Shown: piece after piece, positions 52,673-61,917 of the stretch | Position numbering within the stretch: position 1 is the stretch's first letter | Layout: the number at the start of each line of letters is the position of its first letter | Virus record (IMG/VR): IMGVR_UViG_3300025732_000016 | Source of the DNA: a virus | Lineage: Duplodnaviria > Caudoviricetes | Reading direction: 5' to 3' (one strand) | Length of the DNA stretch: 64,000 nt | Notes under the pieces: generated by a model | Database searches by the model: none | Seen by the model: the letters and a program-made list of their open reading frames with translations, nothing else | Told to the model about the DNA's origin: nothing | Program-made: the position numbers and the translations under genes

Positions 52673-55600
52673 CAGATTTTCTTAAGCTCCGCAGTGATGA
52701 GTGAAAGTCCAATCGTACCTCTAAGATTTCTGCGATCATTTTCACCGAGATAGATGTCTGCCCAGTTGTATCGTATCTTGTTCCTCTCAAGCATGTGGCT
52801 CTCAACTACGAGGTTCACGCCTCTGAAGTCAGTGTTGAACGGAAGAAGCTGCTCTACCAATCTTTCGATGTTAGATTCAAACCACTTAGCGAACAGAAAC
52901 ACGTTCTTGAAAGCGACAGGGTCTGTGAGACGATTGAAGTACACTTCCCTTAAGTGTCTCTCACCTGTATACTCAACAGAAAACATGTCGGCGGGATTAC
53001 CGTAAAGATTGTCTAGAACTTCATGACCGCCAAACATGAGTGCCATGTCTTCATTAAGAGCTCTGACGGTGCTGATCTCGATTCCGAAACGATTGTCGTC
53101 AATCGGGACTTCTGCGGGATCGACCCTGTACACAGGCAGATAAGACCCACCATACTTCTCAGAATTTTCTTCCAGCTCCCATGACCTGACTCTCACCTTC
53201 ATATCAGATGATGACTCGTCAAAATACGTGTCTATTGCGTTGTAGATCATCTCGTAAGGAAAGAAGATCTGCGAACTGGCAGGGAATCCAGAACCTGACA
53301 GGCTCAATCCGTTCTGCGTGAAATCTGTTATCACAATATTGCCTGACCCATTAGACGCCGTCAGGACCTGACTCAGACTCGCATCTATCCTGAGCCTTTC
53401 GAAAGAACCGCTTTCGCTGGTTACAAAGTTGAAGTTCAAGGAGGGATCGACTACTCCGACGTTTTGTGGGTTTCTTACGTGCTCCTGCCACTCGCTTCCG
53501 CTCAAGTGCTTGGACCAGAATCTTATCTGTGATGTTCCACCATTGAAACTAGAGAGCTTAGACTTAGAAGACAAAGACGAATCATTCAGAAAGATTGAAG
53601 AAGCGCCGTCAGTAACTGTTGATGTTCCAATCTCAAAGTATGAGCCGCTTGAATTGTATACTGCACCAACGTTTGAGAACGCATCGTTGGTGTCTGGTAT
53701 CACCACGTTTGCATAGCTCTCAGAAAGAACAAGACTCTCTCCAATGCTCTTTCCGAATCTTAGAAACCACTTGCTGGTTGTTGAAGACTCTCTCTTTCTT
53801 GAAAAGGAAACATAGAAAGGATACCCATCGTACACTGGGAGGTTGTTCATCGAGATTGAGAAACGCTCTGGGTCGGTCGTGTCTGTAGAGTACGCTCCGC
53901 TTAGTGTGAGATTGCCTCCGAGACCGCCAATTGTCCCAGACCTCTCAAGAATGAGATTAAGAAGAAGAGACTCTCCATACGAGCCAGTGTTGAAGAATCT
54001 CACGAGAGAAGTGTCTCTTGTTTCAAAGTCTGAGGTACCGAACTTAAAGTGACTCTCAAAAGAAAAACTTCCAGAAGTCATCAGTCCGTCTGATGGTCCG
54101 CCAGCGATGAACGGCTCTCCTGGTTCTACTCTGCTGGCGCTCAGATAAGGTGATGTAAGAAGATAAGACCCAGTCTGAGTGAACATTATCGATTTTTTCG
54201 TTGACTTTCTGCCAGTGATGTAGCCAGATCTGGCTCCGCCGTATTCTTTGAATCTCAGCGTTACGTCTGGATCGATTCCCATTGACCGTATGATGCTCTT
54301 TACTGAGTTGACGGTGCCCTTGCTCTTGATCAAATTGGGCATGTTTGTGAGTATTCTACGCCAGATAGTAGACTCGAGCTGATACAGAGCATTGGTTCCT
54401 ATGCTGGCATCCTGTGTAAGATTATCACCGTGAAAGTACTGCAGGTATGTCGGTGAGCTAAACAACCTCGGAAGCTCTATCCCGTACTCTTTCGCCAAGA
54501 ACGGAAGAAAAGTATCTGCTATCCCTCCCTGCTCATCATAATCGACTTTGTCGAGCTTCGACATCTGGTCAAGGTACATCTTGAGTTCATCGAACTGCTT
54601 CGCCCAAACGAGAAGGAGCATCGTAATCATCTGTACTGAACCGAGCTGTGTCGCCCTTGGAAGACTTCCACCATCAGAGAAGTCTCTGCCGATCTCACCG
54701 TCAACTGATTGCAGACCAAGTTCTGTCTGCTCTTCTTCAAGATAGTGCGAGGGTATGAGCTTGAGAATATAATTCGGGTTGTTACCGTCGTAGATCGTGG
54801 CTTCAGCAAGGAGAGATTGGTTGAACGTTATTAGTGAAGTGTAGTCAGGGAACAAAACAGGATTGTAAATCTCTCTCTCAGAAAAACTTGCTGGTCCACC
54901 GGTGTCAGTATTTGAGTCTCTTAACGAAAGGTCGAAGTTTGTGATTGTCGAGTGTAGCCCGTTCCCAGACGAGTCTACGACGAAAGAATTTCTCGTGTAT
55001 GATCCTGATGGCTCATTGAACTTAAAGTAGAGTTTCAGATCAGATCTAATCTCAGTCGGATTCTTTGAAACGAAATCTATGTCTTGAGAAGTTCTGTTTC
55101 CTACGAACACTTTAAAATCGTCAAGTGAGGCGCTAAGAGTGTTTTTTGGCAGAAAGCTAAAACCGCTTGTCTGGTGAAGACTTCCAGTTCCTATGTAGAG
55201 CGGAGAGCTATTGCTCGTAGACACTTCAACTTCGCTGATCGAATTTGAAGAGCTTGCAAGCGTGCCAGTCAAATACACTTGTAGCTTGTTAATCCCTGGT
55301 CTTCTGTTGAAGATTGCTGCTACGTCGATCCAAGAACCCTTATTGACTGGAGTGCTAACTGATAGAGAAGTTGAGCCTGACGTATAGGCAAAGAGAATAT
55401 CTGCTTGTTGTGGACTCACTGAATGAGAAATAGCCAGCGTGTATCCTGACCCAGCATTTATTCTCTGAGCTATTATTTGATTGTCATTTTGTTCGGGTGG
55501 AACGAAAAGCTTGAACTGGAAAGATATGCTCGACCCGGCAGGATCGAGCACAGACGCACCTGACTTATTTTTTGAGAGTTCTGGGAACTTGGATCCCGCA

Positions 55601-56013
55601 GAATCAATTACTTCTATGTAGGAGTCATCCCTAAACGACAGACTATTAAGAGATCTTGGAAAGTTGTTGTAAATGTAAGACTCGAACCCGCTCAAGCCAT
55701 CGAAGAAGTCTTCGATCTCTCTGAACGTCCCATCAAATGGGAAATTATTGATGATAGTATCAAAAGCAACGTTTACATTCGCAACCGCAGAACCAAAGAA
55801 AGTGTGCTTTGAAAAGTCTGACCAGTCAATTGGTAACTGCTGAGTTGACTCTAGCGGACTTCCTTGAGCAGAATATCTGAATGAGTCTTGTGAGGGAGAC
55901 TGCGTAGACTCTTGGTTCTTTAGAGAAGTCTCGCCTGCGCTAAAACTACCGCGTTGTAAGGCTAGAAGAGTCTCAGTTCGCGTGTAATCTGTCACTCTCG
56001 AGTTTCTTGCCAT
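52672..56013 (-). CDS. Baseplate wedge protein (gp7/P2 gpI-like) with two LamG-like domains (1113 aa)
   Basis: FLPFLAKEYGIELP...IWRRILTNMPNLIKSKGTVNSVKSIIRSMG is the gpI-like core. LamG motifs WIDVAAIF...LDDFKVF and SQIRFWSKHL. Confidence 0.7.
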   Translation of the reverse strand: MARNSRVTDYTRTETLLALQRGSFSAGETSLKNQESTQSPSQDSFRYSAQGSPLESTQQLPIDWSDFSKHTFFGSAVANVNVAFDTIINNFPFDGTFREIEDFFDGLSGFESYIYNNFPRSLNSLSFRDDSYIEVIDSAGSKFPELSKNKSGASVLDPAGSSISFQFKLFVPPEQNDNQIIAQRINAGSGYTLAISHSVSPQQADILFAYTSGSTSLSVSTPVNKGSWIDVAAIFNRRPGINKLQVYLTGTLASSSNSISEVEVSTSNSSPLYIGTGSLHQTSGFSFLPKNTLSASLDDFKVFVGNRTSQDIDFVSKNPTEIRSDLKLYFKFNEPSGSYTRNSFVVDSSGNGLHSTITNFDLSLRDSNTDTGGPASFSEREIYNPVLFPDYTSLITFNQSLLAEATIYDGNNPNYILKLIPSHYLEEEQTELGLQSVDGEIGRDFSDGGSLPRATQLGSVQMITMLLLVWAKQFDELKMYLDQMSKLDKVDYDEQGGIADTFLPFLAKEYGIELPRLFSSPTYLQYFHGDNLTQDASIGTNALYQLESTIWRRILTNMPNLIKSKGTVNSVKSIIRSMGIDPDVTLRFKEYGGARSGYITGRKSTKKSIMFTQTGSYLLTSPYLSASRVEPGEPFIAGGPSDGLMTSGSFSFESHFKFGTSDFETRDTSLVRFFNTGSYGESLLLNLILERSGTIGGLGGNLTLSGAYSTDTTDPERFSISMNNLPVYDGYPFYVSFSRKRESSTTSKWFLRFGKSIGESLVLSESYANVVIPDTNDAFSNVGAVYNSSGSYFEIGTSTVTDGASSIFLNDSSLSSKSKLSSFNGGTSQIRFWSKHLSGSEWQEHVRNPQNVGVVDPSLNFNFVTSESGSFERLRIDASLSQVLTASNGSGNIVITDFTQNGLSLSGSGFPASSQIFFPYEMIYNAIDTYFDESSSDMKVRVRSWELEENSEKYGGSYLPVYRVDPAEVPIDDNRFGIEISTVRALNEDMALMFGGHEVLDNLYGNPADMFSVEYTGERHLREVYFNRLTDPVAFKNVFLFAKWFESNIERLVEQLLPFNTDFRGVNLVVESHMLERNKIRYNWADIYLGENDRRNLRGTIGLSLITAELKKI

Positions 56014-57521
56014 TACTCACTCACTACCAGTCTGAAACTGTTGCTTGACACTTCTAAGACTTCCCCAGCAGCAGTAATCTTGAACTCAAAGGACAACGGC
56101 ACTCCAGTCGGAAGAGAGTCAGTTTGAAGTGTAGCGTATGGGGAAAGAGAATCAATTGACATTTTAGAACCAGAATCGTCAAAATCAAACAAGAGTCTAC
56201 CCGTCCCAACGTCTCTCAATCGATATCTGCACTCTGCAAGACTGAGAGGCTCCGGCTCAAAGGCAAACTTCGAAGACCTGTTTTGCTCGTAGTCGTCGTA
56301 GAAAGAAACTCTAATCTTCAGCGGTGTTCCCTTGTTGATCGTGGGCTGAGTTGACAGCATCGAGTATCGAAGCTTTCTGTAACCCCCAGACTTTGTTGAT
56401 GCAAGCTGATTATAGAAAGTTACGCTCCCAGAGTAATACGACACTGTCTCATCTAGAGAAGTCCAGTTTTCGTTGAATGTTATGGAACCGCTGACTCGCA
56501 GTGCTTCGCTTAGAGTCACGCTACCGCTTATCGTTGATGGGTCGCTTGAGTAGAAAGCAACAGATGCAGAGTAGATTCCAGTGAGCGCTCCACCCTGAGT
56601 GACTTGTGAACCTGTTGCATACTTGACAAACGACCCAGTAGAAAGCTTTACTAGCAAGCAATTGCTGCCGACGACCCCAGTCAAGGAGGAGCCAGAGACT
56701 ATGTTGGCGTACTGTCCCCTGACTATGTTATGCAGACAAAGAGAGCTCGTAAGATTGAAGAAAGACGAGCTGTGATTATCAATGATGCTGTCATCATACG
56801 ATAGAGTAAGAGACGGTCTAAGAAGCTGATCTCTCACGTGTCTTGAAGCGAACCTTTTCACGAATCTAGTTGTTGTGTCCTGCTCTTGTGAGTCAATGAA
56901 TGACACTCTGAAACCGTAGTCTGGTACGATGCCTGCGATTGTAGCTGACACCACGCGTGTAACATCTACCAGCAGATCTTCAGTGCCAGCTTCGAACAAC
57001 TGGGTCGAGCCGAGGTTGACCACGCCGTTACCGTCCAGAAGATTTCCACTCGCGTAGTAGTCAACTCCAGAATCTCCGAGAGTTCCAGACTTGAACGCAC
57101 CAGAAAGGTTCCAAAGTGAATCAGCAGAACTGCTTAGAAAGTTGCATGAATCAACATCTGCAAAAGAGATTACGTCTCTTCCAAATCCTTCGGTGAAGGA
57201 TTTTGCAAGCGGGAAGACTTGCACCCTGAAATCGTGCGGGACTGGTTGTCCCGCAGAAATGCTCTTCAGAGAAAGAGAGGCCTTGAAAGTAGAGTCCGAT
57301 ATTTTGAGAGAAGATGATGATAACTCTTTTGCCCTAGAAAGATCAAATTTCACTAAGATCCTCGAGAGCTCTATTGCACCTGTGACGTAAGTCGACTCAT
57401 CATACAGCTTGAACAAGTCCAGTGTACCAGCTCGACCCACATTACCGGACACTGCTCTCGTCGAATCGACAATCTTGTCAGTAACGTAGGTATCAGCAGA
57501 TGAGCTTGCAATTAGAATCAT
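56013..57521 (-). CDS. DNRLRE/CBM96-like domain baseplate protein (502 aa)
   Basis: ADTYV...GNVG..LDL...SRILVKFDLS...DVTRVV...PDYGF...FASR...PSLTLSYDD. Confidence 0.55.
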   Translation of the reverse strand: MILIASSSADTYVTDKIVDSTRAVSGNVGRAGTLDLFKLYDESTYVTGAIELSRILVKFDLSRAKELSSSSLKISDSTFKASLSLKSISAGQPVPHDFRVQVFPLAKSFTEGFGRDVISFADVDSCNFLSSSADSLWNLSGAFKSGTLGDSGVDYYASGNLLDGNGVVNLGSTQLFEAGTEDLLVDVTRVVSATIAGIVPDYGFRVSFIDSQEQDTTTRFVKRFASRHVRDQLLRPSLTLSYDDSIIDNHSSSFFNLTSSLCLHNIVRGQYANIVSGSSLTGVVGSNCLLVKLSTGSFVKYATGSQVTQGGALTGIYSASVAFYSSDPSTISGSVTLSEALRVSGSITFNENWTSLDETVSYYSGSVTFYNQLASTKSGGYRKLRYSMLSTQPTINKGTPLKIRVSFYDDYEQNRSSKFAFEPEPLSLAECRYRLRDVGTGRLLFDFDDSGSKMSIDSLSPYATLQTDSLPTGVPLSFEFKITAAGEVLEVSSNSFRLVVSE

Positions 57522-57530
57522 TTCACACTC

Positions 57531-59363
57531 TCACGCAGAAGTAACGACGACGTCATTCGCCGGGTATCTAATCTCAAAGATCCCACCTTGGGGTGGGAGT
57601 ATTATCCCGCGAGAAGTCGCGTTTTCCATGTCGTAAGTATAGTTCGAGTACACAGAGTCATCTATTGTGCCAGATTTGTTAGTGAACTCTAGCGAGACAA
57701 GAGAAAGAACTCCCGGCGTGTTTATGATCGCGCTAGTTACGTCAGCGATGATAATCGGTTGATCGACTTGGAACAATCCAATGTTCAGCTGATTTCTAAT
57801 CGCTTGACTAACAGATTGCAGGACTTCAAGAGAAATGTAGCTCGGAGCAATAATCACTGATGCCTTGACAGTGTAATTGACGATTGGTGAGTCAACGATG
57901 TCAACAGCATCAGAGATTAGACGAAGTTCATTCAGATAATTTCTCAAGTTGAGCTTTAGAGAGTCAGACGCTCTTGAAAGTCTGCCAGCTGTATCGTATC
58001 CAAGAACGTAAAGCTGCTTTGACAAAGGGTTGGCGGGATTGCTCCTGCATCCTGCTTTTGAAACTTTTCCGAATCTACTTGGAAGAGAGTAGACTCTTGC
58101 GATTAGATCTTCTTTTGTCACTACTCTCAATTGCGAATTTTTTGCAGCTGGTATTTGCATTCTAAGGTCTTCGATGCTCGGTTGACCAGCTCCGCCACTT
58201 GCAGCCTCACTGTTGATAACATCGATTGACGCTCTAACAGCTGATGCAATTGCGTTTGACGGAAGTCCAGGAAAAGCCATCGAAAGAGAAGAGATGCTTC
58301 TTATTGAGTTAGCAGAAACGTTGTGCAAAAGGCCGCCGCCATACTCGTAGACAATCGTTAGAGTAGTGTTAGAGGGAGCAACTCCAAGAGATTTAGAGCG
58401 CAGCAGGCTGTTCGGGTCTAAAGAGTACCTCGGGACTGAGCTTTTTCCGTACAGAGGTAACGCTAAGCTGGAAGGGTCAAGAACAGTTTTCTCGTCCAGC
58501 GAGTTATCTCCTCCTCCAAATGTCAGCGTTGTTTCACGTGTAGTGATATTTGTCGAGACCGTGAAGCGTCTTGGAGCAGGTATAACTTCAAGACTGTCAC
58601 TCACAATGTTGTTGTCATACGAGTTGTTAGTGACTGAAGCGTACACAGTGTCCTGTGTTAAAGACTCTACTTCATAGTAGGAATTTCCCTCAGTGTCGAT
58701 TACGCTGATTATCCTGGACACAGAAGGGTTAGGCAACGTCACAGCATAGAACGGGTTGTATCCTGAGGGTGTGCTAAAGGTAGCGGATGCTCTAGTTGAT
58801 GATGTAGCAATGACCTGCCTTGACAAGACGTAAGTCAGAGGGTTGCCGCTGTCGTCCGTCTCTCCTACTATCACTGTAGCCTTGAGAAATCCGTCCCTGT
58901 CTCTTTCGTTGAAGTTGAGATCATCGACAGTCGTGAAGGTTACTTGAGCAGAAGAAACTGCAACCGTTCCAGCCAAGACTATTGGTAGAGCATCGCTTTG
59001 GGGAACGTATCCATTGACAGTTGATACTGCTGGAACTTCGATCAAAAGAGTAAGCGTCACAGTCGCAGGGCTCGAACCCGTAATTTTGACGCCTGCATTT
59101 CGAAGATGTCTCTGTATATTCACGAGCTCTACAGAATCTGACCACGATAGTTCCGTGAACTGATGGTCAAGATAGTAGCTCATCGTATCACCGACAGAAG
59201 CGGCCAGATCTATGAACATTCCACCAAGACCGGCTTCACTGAAATCCTTGATCTTGTCAGGGAAGAAAGTCTGAGCGTATCTGATGAGATCAGACCGCAA
59301 ATCCTGAAAATCTTTCGATAGATAGCTTCTTTGCGGCTGATTAGTGTTGTTGCTTCCTGCCAT
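57531..59363 (-). CDS. gp6: Baseplate wedge subunit (T4 gp6 / baseplate J-like)
   Basis: YLSKDFQDLRSDLIRYAQTFFP..IKDFSEAGLG.MFIDLAASVGD.MSYYLD; ASGGA..SIEDLR; QLRVVTKED. Confidence 0.88.
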   Translation of the reverse strand: MAGSNNTNQPQRSYLSKDFQDLRSDLIRYAQTFFPDKIKDFSEAGLGGMFIDLAASVGDTMSYYLDHQFTELSWSDSVELVNIQRHLRNAGVKITGSSPATVTLTLLIEVPAVSTVNGYVPQSDALPIVLAGTVAVSSAQVTFTTVDDLNFNERDRDGFLKATVIVGETDDSGNPLTYVLSRQVIATSSTRASATFSTPSGYNPFYAVTLPNPSVSRIISVIDTEGNSYYEVESLTQDTVYASVTNNSYDNNIVSDSLEVIPAPRRFTVSTNITTRETTLTFGGGDNSLDEKTVLDPSSLALPLYGKSSVPRYSLDPNSLLRSKSLGVAPSNTTLTIVYEYGGGLLHNVSANSIRSISSLSMAFPGLPSNAIASAVRASIDVINSEAASGGAGQPSIEDLRMQIPAAKNSQLRVVTKEDLIARVYSLPSRFGKVSKAGCRSNPANPLSKQLYVLGYDTAGRLSRASDSLKLNLRNYLNELRLISDAVDIVDSPIVNYTVKASVIIAPSYISLEVLQSVSQAIRNQLNIGLFQVDQPIIIADVTSAIINTPGVLSLVSLEFTNKSGTIDDSVYSNYTYDMENATSRGIILPPQGGIFEIRYPANDVVVTSA

Positions 59364-59845
59364 TAGCTCACCGTTGCGATTATAACTTCTATGAGTCTCT
59401 GCTTGCTGTTCAGCCCAGGAACGCTGTAAGTGACTCTAACTGCCACTTTTCCCGGTGTTGTGTACGTTTGTGGGATCTGCACGGTCTCAAACGTTTGTAG
59501 ATTGACGAATGGCAAATACTTTCTTGCAGCAGTCCTTATGCGATTAATCGCCTCGAAGTCACCCTCTTCAGTCCCAAGCTCAAAAGCGATTTCTCTCAAA
59601 TTTGCCCCGTAATCATGACGGAAGATCCTTTCACCGTGATTTGTCAGAATCAAATTGCGCAGATTGTCGCTAACCGTGTCTTCAAGACTGTAGTGCATCT
59701 TAAAGAGACCGTCTTTCTCAAGACCAGACTCAAGAGGAGTTTTTATTCCTATCGGTGTACTCTCTACACCGGCTACAGAACGAGACTTGTATTCGACGTC
59801 GGTCTCTCCAACAGAGCTGAAATCGTATTTTTTCGCGTCTGCCAT
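59363..59845 (-). CDS. gp25: Baseplate wedge / sheath initiator (T4 gp25-like)
   Basis: NLRNLILTNHGERIFRHDYGANLREIAFE...IRTAARKYLPFV. Confidence 0.88.
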   Translation of the reverse strand: MADAKKYDFSSVGETDVEYKSRSVAGVESTPIGIKTPLESGLEKDGLFKMHYSLEDTVSDNLRNLILTNHGERIFRHDYGANLREIAFELGTEEGDFEAINRIRTAARKYLPFVNLQTFETVQIPQTYTTPGKVAVRVTYSVPGLNSKQRLIEVIIATVS

Positions 59846-59859
59846 TCGACCTCCAAGAT

Positions 59860-59866
59860 TAGGTAT
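59860..59866 (-). promoter_or_regulatory. Putative late promoter motif ATACCTA (baseplate wedge operon)
   Basis: 14 nt upstream of the ATG at 59845; GGAGG begins 6 nt after the motif. Confidence 0.6.
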
Positions 59867-59880
59867 GCGTAATCACGAGT

Positions 59881-60135
59881 TCATGATGAGCCTGGAGCAA
59901 CTGTTGACGCAACTACCGGGTAAGTAGTTGCTGTTCCTACCACAGGGATGCCAGGATTGATAGTTACTGTGATGCTAGTGACATACGCGTCTACTGCGCT
60001 GGCGATGTCTGCAGACAGTTGATTGATAATCGCTTCAGGGTCAGCTCCATCCTTCGAGCCGTTGTCCTTGGCATCGATGAAAGCTTGCTTGATCGTCTGC
60101 TGCATAGTAGCTTTTCCAGTTGCAATGATGGGCAT
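59881..60135 (-). CDS. Small hypothetical protein after the gp5-like gene (possible spike-tip associated)
   Basis: 84 aa, GGAG SD, in the position usually held by PAAR/gp5.4; no PAAR motifs. Confidence 0.6.
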   Translation of the reverse strand: MPIIATGKATMQQTIKQAFIDAKDNGSKDGADPEAIINQLSADIASAVDAYVTSITVTINPGIPVVGTATTYPVVASTVAPGSS

Positions 60136-61557
60136 TTACTCTCCAAAGATTCTCTTTGACTTGAGGTTCGGTATCTCACCCTCTCTAGACTCCATAGCGC
60201 TCTTCAAAGTCGATGCTGCTTGGTTCAGTTGCACTGACGGAGCTCCGTAGCCAGGTGTAGTGTGTGTACTGACAGTGTCGCAAAATGACTTCACGTCTGC
60301 TATGATAGCCTTTAGCAGATCTTCAAGTTGCTTGTACCTGACGTAGGGTTGGGAAGTTCCTGGTGCGTCAGAGTCTCCTTCCTCAAGACCACCATCTGCA
60401 GAGGACCTTCCGAGATGAATCTCCTTTGCAGAAATCTGCAGGATCCCGTCGGGGCTCATCACTATTGCAGAGAGATCGTCATCTTTTGCGCCTTCTTTGA
60501 TGATTCTAATCGAACCATTTACGCTTCTGTCAACGTCAGATCTCGCAATGAAGCGAAGATGATCTGCCTTCACAGCGACTGATGCTCCTGAGTAATCTAT
60601 CGGAGGCTCTGCAGTTTCAAACGTCGACGGAGTAGAATTGAGAGTGTTGAAATTGTAATCGACGTCAGTTTGCTGCGACACATAAACTCTAGCAGCGTCA
60701 TCAAGAAAGTCTGGGTCTCCCTCTGTGGGAGAAATGCTCTCAAAGTCCGCAATCCTCTTAGAGACTTCAGTGAAATTTCTTCTATTCAATCTTACCGGAG
60801 GAAGAGTCCTACCTTCAACCTCTCCTGTCGAGAGCCACCTCGACCTACCAGCGACAATATCAATCGTTCCAGAAAAACTTGCGGGTGACTCAGCTGAAGC
60901 TGGAGTCGGACTCTCTCCCGGGTCCTGCTCTACTGCCCAACCGTGATCAGTTGTTAGTGCGATCGTGGCGTTATTCGAACCTTGCATGACCAGATCACCA
61001 GGGCGCTTTATGTACCTCGGAACGGGTTCAAAGACAGTCTGAGACAAAGACTGACTTGTACCAGAGAGTATGAGATCGTAGCTGTTCCCTTCTGGGGTCT
61101 TGGCTAGAGAGATGTTTGGAAAATCATCGACAGCCGGCGGCGAGGGCACTAATCCCACTTTTGTTGCAGTCGTAGACTCTTGCTTTGAGTCAGAATTGTT
61201 TCTGTCAAAGTGTGAGAAATTGACGTCCTCAGATGTCTCATCACCGTGGACCCTTGAAATCCAGTACCCTATGCTGGTACCGTCTCTGTCAAAGATGACC
61301 CAGACCATCTCAGACGGCTTCACGGGCATTGATATGTGAGATGAGAAAAATGGATAACAAAGAGTATACGAGCTGCCTGCCTGGTCAGCGCCACGTGTAA
61401 CTCTTCTAACTACAACGCTTCCCCTGGGTATTCTTTCGAGAGGAACAGATATCTTTGCGGCGGTGAGCTGAGTCGCAATTTCTGACAGACTGTCTGGACC
61501 CGTATGGATCGCCGTTACGACTCCCTTCTCAAAAGTGACTTTGGAGAACTCTGACAT
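60136..61557 (-). CDS. Baseplate central spike / hub protein (gp5/VgrG-like, no lysozyme domain seen)
   Basis: OB-fold-like PFFSSHISMPVKPSEMVWV...GYWISR, PGDLVMQGSNNATI, beta-rich C-terminus and HTTPGYGAPS tip segment; upstream of gp25. Confidence 0.65.
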   Translation of the reverse strand: MSEFSKVTFEKGVVTAIHTGPDSLSEIATQLTAAKISVPLERIPRGSVVVRRVTRGADQAGSSYTLCYPFFSSHISMPVKPSEMVWVIFDRDGTSIGYWISRVHGDETSEDVNFSHFDRNNSDSKQESTTATKVGLVPSPPAVDDFPNISLAKTPEGNSYDLILSGTSQSLSQTVFEPVPRYIKRPGDLVMQGSNNATIALTTDHGWAVEQDPGESPTPASAESPASFSGTIDIVAGRSRWLSTGEVEGRTLPPVRLNRRNFTEVSKRIADFESISPTEGDPDFLDDAARVYVSQQTDVDYNFNTLNSTPSTFETAEPPIDYSGASVAVKADHLRFIARSDVDRSVNGSIRIIKEGAKDDDLSAIVMSPDGILQISAKEIHLGRSSADGGLEEGDSDAPGTSQPYVRYKQLEDLLKAIIADVKSFCDTVSTHTTPGYGAPSVQLNQAASTLKSAMESREGEIPNLKSKRIFGE

Positions 61558-61917
61558 TCAACCCCCGATTGCGTCAAACATCTCATCGGGAGTCATCTTC
61601 TCTCCCTTCTCCGCCGCAGAGATCATGTCAGCGAGCTTGATGAGCTGCTCATTGCACTTGCCCATCCTCTCAAGATACCTAACCAGCATAGGGCCCATTG
61701 CGACGTGTTCTTGAGCGCTTCCCGCCATTGACATGTAGAGCTGTACGTAAAGAGCATGAGCTGACTCTCTGTCAGTGACGGCATTCTGATAGATCTCCTT
61801 CCAGAGCATCTTCTTCTTGTCATCAGTAGTTGCAAGAGAGTCAAGAAGATCGCCAAACTCTTTGATTTTCTTGTTGCTACCCTCGATCTTCTTCAGAAGT
61901 TCATCTGCTGAGCTCAC
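61558..61917 (-). CDS. Helical hypothetical protein, candidate terminase small subunit
   Basis: 119 aa helical hairpin: IYQNAVTDRESAHALY...EHVAMGPMLVRYLERMGKCNEQLIKLADMI. Confidence 0.4.
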   Translation of the reverse strand: MSSADELLKKIEGSNKKIKEFGDLLDSLATTDDKKKMLWKEIYQNAVTDRESAHALYVQLYMSMAGSAQEHVAMGPMLVRYLERMGKCNEQLIKLADMISAAEKGEKMTPDEMFDAIGG

